Positions 1 to 12,600 of a stretch of 64,000 nucleotides of DNA are shown here, one piece after another. Origin of the DNA: Phoronis australis (lineage: Eukaryota; Animalia; Phoronida); assembly GCA_002633005.1 (NCBI GenBank), contig NMRA01000120.1, positions 129,056-193,055 of the forward strand. The letters run 5' to 3'. The first letter of the stretch is position 1. Each line of letters begins with the position of its first letter. The notes beneath the pieces were generated by a model. The model saw only the letters and a list, made by a program, of their open reading frames with translations, did not search any database and had not been told where the DNA came from. The position numbers were made by a program, and so were the translations under genes.

Positions 1-666
1 TGTCCACATAGTTCTGTCATTGACTAGGTGTGTCCACGTAGTTCTGTCATTGACTAGGTGTGTCCACGTAGTTCTGTCATTGACTAGGTGTGTCCACGTA
101 GTTCTGTCATTGACGATCAGGTGTGTCCACATAGTTCTGTCATTGACTAGGTGTGTTCACATAGTTCTGTCATTGACTAGGTGTGTCCACATAGTTCTGT
201 CATTGACTAGGTGTGTTCAAATAGCTCTGTCATTGACGATCAGGTGTGTCCACATAGCTCTGTCATTGACTAGGTGTGTTCACATAGTTCTGTCATTGAC
301 TAGGTGTGTTCAAATAGCTCTGTCATTGATGATCAGGTGTGTCCACATAGCTCTGTCATTGACTAGGTGTGTCCACATAGTTCTGTCATTGACTAGGTGT
401 GTCCACATAGTTCTGTCATTGACTAGGTGTGTTCACATAGTTGTGTCATTGACTAGGTGTGTCCACATACTTCTCTCATTGACTAGGTGTGTTCAAATAG
501 TTCTCTCATTGACTAGGTATGTTCAAATAGTTCTCTCGTTAACTAGGTGTGTTCAAATAGTTCTCTCATTAACTAGGTGTGTTCAAATAGTTCTCTCATT
601 AACTAGGTGTGTTCAAATAGTTCTCTCATTGACTAGGTGTGCTCACATAGTTTTATCATTGACTAG
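1..666 (+). repeat. 30-bp minisatellite (about 22 units, some 33 bp) abutting and including the SLC17 exon 3' splice site
   Basis: Unit approx. GTGTGTCCACATAGTTCTGTCATTGACTAG; 33-bp variants read ...TTGACGATCAG. The last unit's TAG (664-666) is the acceptor of exon 667-803. The array probably extends left of the window. Confidence 0.95.
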
Positions 667-3600
667 GTGGCCTGGGGATCATCTGGTTCATTATCTGGAT
701 GTTGGTGGTGCATGACTCCCCAACTCAGCACCCCAGAATCTCAAAAGTGGAACGCGATTACATAACCTTCCACCTCACTGGTCAACTGGATGAAGACAAA
801 TCGGTATGTTGTTTCGTGTTTTATTTTGGACAAACGTCCAGTCTATTTTGTGCACAACCTGGGATGATATGGTGCTTGCGAGTCAAGCGAATCATGCCAA
901 GTCATGGTAGGGTAACACAAGGGTTGCTACTTTTCTTGCTTGTGACCTCTCTAGGAAAATGCTGCCACTGAAAATGATTGGGCGGCTACACTATGATGTT
1001 GGATTGTGTGAAAAAATGGTATAAAATTGCACGCACTAATTCTCTATTTCTTTCAAAATGTAATAAGATTAGCATTGATGTAAAACTATAACAGTCTGTA
1101 ACACCCTTTTGAGAAAAAGCATTGCTCGATGTGTTGGGCTTTCACTAAAATTTATGTCGATGTTCGTCCCATTACATATACTACACTTTTATTTGGCTTA
1201 CTCACTGTCAGTAACGGCAATGGGTTTTAACAAGCCAAGTTTTTTGCTGCAAGTTACTAGCATAATTCAGTTCACCCCAGTGTTCAGCAAGGAGGTATAT
1301 TTTAAGCTTTCTGTGCTCCATTCTGCTTTGTGATCCTCAGTAAATAATTTCATTGTTATTCTTTTGTCTGATTTCTCCTTAATATTCTATTCACCGTTTT
1401 CTGATGGCCTAGTTTACCAACTCTTGGTATAGTTATATAACATTTAGCAGGTAGTCTGGTGACTAAAGATCTCTGGTCATAGAACTTGTCAGTTACTGGA
1501 CTTGTCTCCCTTGTTTTTTTCTGTCAGTCTGGCATAGTTTAGTTCGACATTGTTTCTTTAAATTTTAAATGATTGTGGACCAAATAAAAGATTGCGTGAA
1601 ACACGAATTAAAGCATTCAAATGTTTAGTGCTGCCTTTGTGGTCATAGACAGTTTTTGGTAGATAATGCACTCCTTTGTATTATTTTCAAGTTCAGTGTA
1701 GAAGCTCTAAAGGACATGTTACCATGGTAACCGTACAAATTCCTTCTCATTCGAGCCCATCTTAAAACATAACAGAGCAAGTTCTTACTTCTTATTTCAA
1801 GTGTTCTCCACAGTTTTAGTCCATTGTGGCAAATTTTTGAGGACGTTCTGTCAACGTCCTCAGTGTGCGCTAAAGTTTTCGGTTTTGCCTTTGAAATTGA
1901 AGAGACTGATGTCAATTTTCAGAACATAACAGTACTAAGAAGTGAAATTTATACATCTGTCAAAACTGTCCTTTCCATGTCTGTCAAATTGTGTTGAGTT
2001 GATGCAATTTATCTGCTCATTCAATGGACAAACTTGGTTTTACATTTGCAATATTTTGAGTTGATTTCTCACCACCATATTCCTGTGCCGGCATGTCTGC
2101 CTTCGTGTCGTACTAACATTTAGTTCATTGAGGGTTTCAATAATTGAAATAAGGGCAATGTGGGCAGTCAAGCAATAACTAAGGCAATTCTGGACTGGTA
2201 ATATTTTATGCTGCTGGTAATCTAAGAGATGACTGGTTGTTTTAATTTGTAACTGCTCCCAGTTGTAATGAGGGTGCTAATTAAATGAAGTAACACCCGC
2301 AGATGTGACACTATCTAAAATTGTGTTAATTACTTAAGTTTTGGAATTATGACAACTGCCATGTTTGAGCTGTTTACATGGAAGTATTAAATTTTTACTC
2401 AGCACTTTAATTACTGCTTTGTAGTCTTTATCATGCCAATGCGCTTAGATCCCCGTTAGCAATTTGCTGAACTACGACAGCTGTATCTCCGTAGGCTATG
2501 GTCTCAGCTGGTAGTCTTTGGATTTACTTTGTATTTGCCAGTTAACACCCTTAGCATAATGACCATTAAAAATGTGCGTTTAATCACTTTGCTGAAAAGT
2601 AGCAATCAACAAAGCTTTCATGTTAACTGCACTAATATGAACTATACTCATCGAGTAAAGACCTTCTTAGAAGAAATTTGTTTACTTCCCGGACCTGTAT
2701 TTCAAAGAGAGTAAGCTCTTGACTGAATTCATTGTACATTTACGGAACAAAATGACAAATTTGTCGGATCCTGTCTGCATATGTTGAAGACAGTGTTATA
2801 TTTCCAACAATAGCAGGATATGCTCAGGCTGTATTGCCGCAGCTCATGAATTTGACTAATAAATGAGAACGGATGAAAATTACCCGTTTAATTAACAATG
2901 TGTTTTGATGTATTTACTAATGAATTAATGATGATATCACATTTTTACAAATGAAGCATAAAAACTCATTCATCGACAAAATTCAAAGCTACTGTATTCC
3001 CACGCATGGAATTCTTGTCAGTCTCAATTCAGTGTCTCTGTTTCTTCTATTCGGTTTTGCGACAGTACGTGAATACTAGTTAAGCAAACTTAATTATTAC
3101 AGAATTACCATGTCTGTTGGGGCTTAAATCTTTATCAAACTGCCCAGATTATCACATTTCTCATGTTTTATCTTCGGTCACAGTAGCATATTACTGAGTC
3201 GTTGACGTTGTCAGTGTTGTGCTGAAGAATATTGATTTGTTTTGTCTTAAACTTCAGTGACCGCCAGTCATTTTTTCTTTGGATTTCTTCGATTGCCTAA
3301 AATTGCAGCGTCAAACCAGTAATGCAGTAATGTTTTGTAATGTCATGCAGTTTCAGAATGAGGCTGCTGGCTCCGTCTAAATTTGGTGGACAAGACATGA
3401 ACCGAGATGTTTAAATTGGCTTGTCAATCCGTTCAATGACTGGCATGTATATTTTACCTAAATTCAAACGGATCGCAAAGAGAAACTGATGCCTTAAGAA
3501 AAGCTGCATTTACATAGTTGTTACTCTGTGCGTGCAAGCGCAGAGTACTGTTGTTCCTGGGTTTTCTTCAATTTTATTCTTATTCTTATTCTTCTTCCGA

Positions 3601-6600
3601 CCAACTTTGAGACTTAATAACTCCAAAATGGGTGCAGGCATGTTCTTTAAATTCAGCATATGATTTTTGGCAGTACATAAATTTTGGTTCGTAATATGAT
3701 CATATTCTATATTGCACTGGAAGAGGTCGTTTGGTGCAAAGGTCATGTAATTTTCAAAATACTACTTCTTTAGTTTAAAAGCCATCTTTTTGAAATTTGA
3801 TGCACAGGTATTAGTCCACAAGACAATTTAAAAAATTACTTTTCTAAGTAATCGAGTCAGCCAATCAGATAAAATAGGTCAAAGGTCATTAGGTACAAAT
3901 TAAAATTTTGAGCTAGACACTTCAAATTCACATGTATGATTGGTACATAAAATTCAATTCGAAATCCAAAGTTTCAGGTCATTTGGTGCAACCATGTGGT
4001 TATTAGGTGCATTTTCCTTCTGAAAATTTGACCTTTTCATTCACCAAGTATTCTGATATGTCAACATTTATACAACTGCAATTCTCAGCATTAAATATAC
4101 TTTTCAAGGACTTTGTAATAGTTCTACTAAAATGGATTGCAATGCACTGGATAGGGTCAATTAGTGCAAATTTCATCAACCTTTGAAAAGGTTATCTCTC
4201 CTACATTTTTCAAAGAAGTCTCTTCAATTCCAGCACATTGGTGTAAACCTACATGCCAATCAAATACCCCAATTTACTAAGCAATAGGGCCATCCAATCA
4301 GAGAAAATAGGTCAAATGTCACTGAGTGCAAACTAAGATTTTGAGCTAGACACTTCAAGTTTACGTATCTGTTTAGCAAATGCGATTGAGTTTGAATTAT
4401 AAAGTCCCAGGTCATTTAGTGCAAACATGGGGTCATTAGGTGCATTCTTCTTCTGAAATTTTGACCAATTCATTCATCTTGTATTCTGTAGTGCTTAAAG
4501 TAAGACGGCTCTGATTCTTAGCACTAACCAGGGCTCGACATAACGAGCTGCAAGTAGCGTTTGCGACCTGAAATTTGGAAACGCGAGCTGAGATATTTGT
4601 CAGCTCGTATCAAGTCGCAAAATGCGACCTGGAATTTTCAACGTATGTGAGTTTTAACACTTCTCGGCAGATACTGGGCAAATATAAAGCAACTCTAGAT
4701 AATCCCACCGTTATTTGAATGTTGCCAAATCCTAGTTCAAAAGAACACTAAGCGAGAACAGGCCTCCCTATGACTTGTAAGCAAGTCGCATGAACATGGG
4801 ATATGCAGAATTGATCTTTGACGCGTTTCATTGTCTAACATTTTCGGCCACTTTTGCAAATTTCCGGATTCGCCGAAGAAAGTTTCGAGCCACTGCATAA
4901 CTCGTGATAAAACGTCACAAAACAGCTGTGTTTCTACTAATTCTTAAGCGGTCAACTTACCAAACTTTGTGGTGGACAACTATGTTTATTTTTCGCGTAA
5001 GATGTCCTTATTACATGTACCAAATATCCACCACAATATCCCTGATATCGCACTGCGGCACTGGTCGGTCCCGTTGTTAGCGCGCAAGCGATCCCTGCAA
5101 ACAGTCGTGATTTAGAGAAGTGCGTCTACTTTTTATCGCATAAGACAGCCAAAGTGAAACTAACAACCCTATTAATCGCTAAATGACGGCCACGTCTTTA
5201 CTTTCAGTTGCCAAGAAATTCTCAAACCCCTTTACTTGTTTCTGGGGCTATGTGCGCGATATATGATTTTAGACCGGCAGCCCAGAGCACTTAGCATAGA
5301 TGAATGAGGTACCAACATCTGACCATGGGAGCATATAGATTCCACCTCAGTATGTACAGAAATGGACGTCTGCCGTTGTTTGCACTCTGGGTGTGACCCC
5401 TGGGGGCCTTACAAAGGACCCAAAAATGAGCTAGACTAGATATTGGAGGTACCGCCCAAAACTGATTGAAAACGAACAATAGTACCGCACTGAAAATTGA
5501 ATGACCCATGACAGACAAATTGCACTCTGGAATGGGTCCGGCAGAATCCAAAAAGGACCCCCCAAAAATGAGCTAGCACATACATTCGAAGTACCGCACA
5601 AAACCAATTCCATATGACTCAATACATGTCACAGATCACTAAATGCCCTGCATGAACGAACTCAATATTGCGATCTAAAATCTGTGAGTATTTAACGCTG
5701 CAGGTAAGAGCATAATCTAAACACTTTCTCGATGATCTAAAAAATCAATTTTGGCACGTAAAAATGGCGGGAAAATTTTGCGACCTGGCATTTATGAATG
5801 CGAGCTGGATTTTGAAAATGCGACCTGGGATTTTGGCTAGGTAGCAAAATGCGACCTGGCGATTTTAATAGCGTCGAGCCCTGCTAACCACACTTTTCAT
5901 CGAGTTTACATTCCTTCCCTAATCAGGGCTAATAACGCACTGGCAAGGGTCAATTAATGCAAAGGTCATCAAATTATCAACATTTATTTTCTCCTATAGT
6001 TTTATAGAATTCTTTTTCACATTAGTAAACGGGTTGTTGTCAATAACTTCCCATAACTATTCCAGCAATACGCACTCACAGAGTCCATTATTGTCACGCC
6101 GTGACAATAATCTTTCTAGTCTTAATTTGCATTTTGATTGCTATCTTAACTGTCTTTGTTAAATTCTGATTGCAATATGAAATTGCTATCTACCAGTTGC
6201 TGGTAACACCTTATTTAGCAGTTCACACCATTGTATACTCCATGATCCAAACCAGTGATATTGACAAGAGTTTCAGCAGACAATTTGACCATTTTTAGGA
6301 GAGGTCATGAAGTCTCCTGTTTAATAAGTCACAGGAAATTAGGACCTTGTCTAAAACTGAGCATTCAGCTGCCAGGGATGGGAGAGTGACTTTGTGTCGA
6401 ATCCGTAACTTCCTATGAATTTGTAGAACAGGCGAGCGTCAGTTTTCAGCCATCTTTAAAAAGGTTAATGCACAAACAGAATGCTCCCTCGATGATGTCG
6501 TGGCTTTTATTTGTGTCCTTTTGTTTGCAGAGATTCACTGCAGTGAAAGGTTTGCTATAACATTTAGTGGAATTGATGTTGAATATTTTTATAAAAAGCT

Positions 6601-9600
6601 TGGACCTCCGTAACGATTCCTAATATGCGGGCACTGTCCAGTTCTTTCTATCCTCTTCTCTTGATGATTAATATGTGGCTGATAATTCTAATATTGGAAT
6701 TTCAAGTTTCAAACAATTGCTGTCTGTTCTGGCACTGTCAGTGATAACTTTCTCACTTTTAACCCAACACATTCAACACAGATTGAGGACCTTTCTAGGC
6801 CAAAGGTACGTACCCTTACCATTCCTGTCTTCAGTATTTTGTTCATAGAACAGTGCAGTATTGTTAGTCCCTGGGTTAGCATGTGTCTATTGAAGTCATG
6901 TTGTGAGTTACAGTTCGTTTTTGTGTGTTGAGGAAGTTGATATGTACTAGACAATTCCAGTGTATGTCACCTTTGTTACAAGTAAAAATACAGTGGAATC
7001 ACTTATTTATTACAGCTGTTCTTTTTGCCGATACCGCAGTATTTTGTTCTCACTGTCAAGGTACCTAAACTACACGGTTAATGGACTCATGAACATGGCC
7101 CACAGACGCATGAAAACGACTCACGGACCTGCAAACACCGTCCACTGACTCACAAACACGGGAACGGACTCATAAAACACGATCCACGCACCCAAATACA
7201 CGGTACATGGACTCATATTCCTGAGGAAACACGGTTAACGGACCGCCAAACACAGTTTACGGACAAAATGGAGATGTCAGCTGACCCAGGAAGCCGATGA
7301 GTCCGTGACACGTGTTTGGCGGTCCGTTAACCGTGTTTCCTCGTGAATATGAGTCCGAGTCCCGTGTATTTAGATGCATGGATCGTGTTTTGTGAGTCCG
7401 TTCCCTTGTTTGTGAGTCAGTAGACGGTGCTTGCAGGTCCGTGAGTCGTGTTCATGCGTCCGTGCCCGTGTTTATGAGTCCATTGACCGTGTAGTTAAGG
7501 TACTTTGACTGTTGTTCTAAAAATAATACAAAATTTCCCTATGGTTAGAGTTTAGGTTTAGAATCTTAAAAAAATGTCCATATTTGACTAACTTGGGAAC
7601 ATCATATCTCAGAAACGGCTGATCGAATTGATATGAAGCTTACAGACACCATTCTTTATGCACTGTTTTCTAAAATATTTTGGGTTTTGTTTTTGAAATC
7701 TTCCACTTTTGCATGATGGGCTGCTATCGAAATAGTATTTTATAGTTTTTATGAAAAGAAATTTAAAACAAAATTTGCCCGAAATGAAAACGAAATAATT
7801 TAGAAAAGTGTAACAGTGATTTTGAGATTTCGTTTCGAAAATATACCAAGGGAAATTTACCCAATGTTGTTGTTTTCCTATGAATCTACTTTTCTTTTTC
7901 CTTAAATTTTACTGAGAACACGTGGTCACTTGACCCCATTAATGGCAGATTGGTACGCAGTCACAAATCAACTAACTCCACATTCTTTCAACTTTCAGTA
8001 CACAAAACAAATAATGCACTTTTATGAAGTTAAAATCTATAGCTTTGAAGATATTTAGCTAAGCACACAGACTTGTTGATACGGCCCTGCATCACCTTAG
8101 TGTTGAGGGCAATTTCACAATATTTTTGAGACAAAAGATACTGTGCTCTCATACTGCTAGGTTCATTTTGTGGGCCATTGTCGTAAAAGTTTATCGACCT
8201 TGATGTGAAAATTATTCACAGCTATTTTACAATGCTATGTTGTATTAAGACATTCAAGGATTTTACATAAATTTTATCAAAGGAAAAATACACCCTTAAT
8301 TTTGGTAACTAGGGGAGACCATGTTGTTGCCGATGCAAAGATACACTGTTGGGTCACATGGCACATTAGTTCACAACTTCTTGCCACTCTCCTCTGATTA
8401 TTACCTTTTAGTTTCTTATTGACCTGGTAAGTTTGCATTAACCAGTTTTAACTAGCATGCCATGTTCTGTCACATATTCTGTTCTAACTGATAACAACCA
8501 CTGCACATAACGCCATCTGTTGGACACAGTGGACAATGGATATCCTGGTTGGGCACTCATGACTCTGTCTTTCAAGAATTTTGTATTGTTATGTTTTATG
8601 TTCATTCAACTTTTACAAGCGAGCTCAATTGCATTTGATTCAATATATACTTGTGCTTTCACTAATCATTCATTTGTTGACAGTTTCATGCAAAACTGAT
8701 TTGTTGCTGTTATTGCCAAAAGTAACATCTTTCAGCAGTTTAAAATGTTATATTAAGAATTGTGCAATTTACAGTTTTTGAACTGATTTTTTTTTAATAT
8801 TTCGTGGGTCGGTCCGTGTATTAGTTTGTGATAAGTATATAACTAAAAACAATTTCATTTAACTTGTTTGTAATTTGATCGGGTGTTGAACTGATTTTTT
8901 CTTCATAATAACTACATTTGTTTGGTCTGGTGTAAAGTGGTGTTCCGCTCATTGAAAATCATTTGAAGTTTGAACTGTTTAACAGGCTCTGGCTGATATG
9001 TTCTATCATAGTCTTTAGTCTGCAATATTTAGTTGTCACCAATGACTTGGAGCTAAAATATTCATAGCTGCCTCTGACAGCACGCAATGGCTGTCTGTGG
9101 AAAAGCCGAAGACTGAACACATGATTGTGTTTCACTAATGACTTATTATGCCGTATTTCACAGGGGAGGATACAGGATTTTTTAAAAAGGGTCAGAACAA
9201 GGATTTTTTAAAAAGGGGGGTCCAAGTCAACAAATTGAAAATTCTAGATTTGATATCTCTAAAATCAAGGGGAAAAGGGGGTCCGGACCCCCTTGAACCC
9301 CCGGGATACACCTGTGTTTCACGTTTTGTATTTTCAGATGGCTGTTGCCTGATAATCTGCATTTAGCCATCATCTCAGAAAGCATGCTTGCGTCTGTTTT
9401 GTAGAATTTGAAAGTGCCCTGGTTGAAGATTATGACGTCTCTGCCGATGTGGGCTATCATCGCAAGTAACGTGACATCCGACTGGGGAGCCTACACGTTC
9501 CTCACAAACATACCAAGCTACATGAATGATGTACTTAAGTTCAACATCAAATCGGTGAGTCACGGATGTGAACAAGCCATCCACATGCTGTCTGGGGTGG

Positions 9601-12600
9601 AGTATGGTTCAGTTTCTTCAGTTGGAATGATGGAGGTGTAAGGTTTTATGCTGTCAATTTCTCAACAGAAATAAGTGAAAAGAAAATTTCTTCATGATCA
9701 CTAAGGGTTTTACCCTGAATGAGTAACCATAAAAATATGTTGACTTTGAGTGTTGGGAGAAAATTTAATAAGCATTTTGAAAAATGAGAAATAGTTTTTT
9801 GCAAATTAGAAGAATGTTTTTGGTGACATCAACCTTTAATTGCGATGAAGAATCTTTTTAGTGACATCAACCTGACCAAAATAAGCTTTCAAACTGCACT
9901 GAATGGCTGAGAAGCTGTTCAGTTTTGTTAGTTGCTGGATTAGCTTAGTTCTGCACCATCTGGATTCTGCAATATTTTAAGTTTCAGTAGAGTGCTCTTG
10001 GGATCCTACCTTGTCAGAGTCGGGGACATCACATGTCTGTTATTAATTATGTACTTATACATTGTTTAGATAAACATTATTTTTAACTATAAAATGCCAG
10101 TAGATTCTCAATAATTCAGGAGTGATTTTTTTGGCTAAATTTTGTCACTTGAACAAGATATAACCACAATTAAGTATTTCTTCGTGTTCAAGTACTGTAC
10201 CATAGTCACCACCAGACAATGTTTTGAAAAATTGTGGGTGTTCACAACGATGTTACATGCCCTTGAAAATGTGGAATCTCGAAAAGTATTCTGGTGAGAT
10301 TTTACCGTGTGTACAATTCAATTATGTAACATTGACAAGCTAGCGTATCTGTCATTATTTTTATTTTTCATTGGAATTCTGTCATGACTTCGTTTCAAAT
10401 AGACACATGGGTCACGTACAGAAAAAGTAAGTCAAATACTGAAACTTGCTTACTTGAGTTAGCGACGTTGTATCCGTCTCTCATGGACTTCAGCTTGGCT
10501 AACGATGTTGTTATTGTTCTGGCGTTTTAACCTGACGATGTGGCATCAAGGTCAGGACACTATCCCATATTTGTGTCAGTTGGAACCTTAATCCACCTTG
10601 TTTATTCAGACAGGGACGCTTCATGCAAATTCCAGTATTTGACGTGATTTTTCTGTATTTTGTTACCTCAACTTTATGTCTCAAAACTTTCTTGCTTTTA
10701 GTATTTACGCGGGTCATGTTTTTTGTTAACAGAACGGTCTTTTCTCTGCCTTGCCTTACATTGGACTATGGGCAATGATCACGGGCTCGGGTATTGTTGC
10801 GGACAAGATTAGAGAACGTCGATGGTTGAATACTGCTAAGACCCGGAAACTGTTCAACACTATTGGTAAGTTAGCCTTAGCACCTACCTCAAACTGCCTC
10901 TAAGCCTGGCCTACTCCTGGATTCTAAGTGTTCAGTGTCAGGTAAGAATATCAAAGATTATGTAACACAAGGTGACTCATTTGGCCTCAAAAGAATTCTT
11001 GTTCTCATGAACTGTGCACTGAAGACACATAAGTAGCTATGAAACGAAAAGTTTCTTCAAATTAGAACAGCATGGCGGAACCGTAAAATTCTGTTTTATC
11101 AAGATTTTCAACAAAAGTAAACAAGAAGTAATTTTTTTCGGTTAATTGAAAACTTCATATAGTACAGCTGTCATCAACAAACGCACATTGCAGTTTTGAA
11201 CATTTTTGGTTCGACTGTAGCTTTGTTTGATTTTGATGAAATTTTACCATGGTATTAGAAAAGTGATTCAATGTTTGCCGTAACTGATCATTTTCTGTGT
11301 AAGTGAACATGGTCAAGAACAAATTACCCTTGCTTGTTTTAGGTCAGGCCATTCCAGCAGTTCTGCTTATCGGTATGGGCTTCATGGATTGTAGCCAGGC
11401 GTACGGCGCATTGGCGATGTTGACTTTAGGTGTTGCAACAACAGGTGCAGTCTACAGTAGTTACACAGTCAACCACGTGGACCTTGCACCGCAGTACGCA
11501 GGCATCTTGTTTGGAATCTCCAACAGTATTGCCTCCGTCACCGGCTTCTTAGCGCCGTACGTTATTGGGCAGATCACAAAGGAGGGGGTAAGGAGAATCG
11601 TGGCGTGTATGTTTTCGTTTTTTACATTGGTTGGATTGCTTGAAGCGGGTATTTGGATGATCTAAGGACTCGATTTAACGCGTTTGGCAGTTTGAAATTT
11701 GGACTAATTCCCAGCATTTATTACTGAAATTCACTTAAGATATCCTAGAAACTATTAAATGTTGCCATGGGCATCAAAATAGGGGGTGGGGGTTATTTTC
11801 TTGTGACGTGTTGGGCAGTGTAGGGGGTTGGGAAAATGGTTACCCAGACATAACCAAATAGTGACATGTTGCCAGAAATTTGATATACCCTTCCCACCCA
11901 AGTTGATACTCGAGATTGCAAAATACCAAGCCCTGCTCCCGAGGAGCTCCCATGGGTTACTGTGGCACGGTCCTTGCTCACCTGAGGGGAAAGGTGCCTC
12001 TGCCCCTCGGTCACCAACAATACCGCCTCTCGGTCACCACCCTTCTTCAACAATGTCTAATGTTGGGATTTTTTTAATCATTGGAAGGACGGGACTGATA
12101 TTTGGCCCCAAAATTAAGGCATCGAGGCTCCTGCTGTGAACTTCAAAATTCATGCCTAGGTTCTAAAGCCATGATAATTTTGAATTATTTATTTTGACTA
12201 AATATTGGGTCAGATCTAAAAAGTATGAAAACCGTAACATGTAATAAATTTATGCTTATAGTTATATATTAATGACTTGAGCTAGAACAGCGAGAACAGC
12301 GTCATTTTTTGGTAAAGTCGTCGAGAAAGAATGCACTTATTTGTAAAATTAAAATGTATTTTTTATGAAAAAGTTGATTATTCTGAAACATTTTTGGTTG
12401 CTTTTTCTGATGTTTTGGGTCACGTCTAACTCTGTGTATTGAAATGTTACACATTTTATACTTGGAAAAACAATATTAATCTATTCTACCTTTTATGTAT
12501 CAGTCATGTGACCGTATTATTGGCTGGCAGCCATAACTAGACATAAGATTAGTGCTGGTTTGCTTTTGATGTAGGAATGCATTTATGATTAGAAACGTTG

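Noticed and set aside
1-666. CRISPR-like reading of the 30-bp array (also the 40-bp and 77-bp arrays)
   Set aside because: The 30- and 40-bp units are contiguous with no unique spacers, the 77-bp array is too degenerate, no cas genes are present and the context is eukaryotic.
20-715. 231-aa ORF of TRCVHIVLSL repeats
   Set aside because: It is open only because the 30/33-bp units are multiples of 3. It is intronic, lacks a true ATG and is out of frame with the SLC17 exon.
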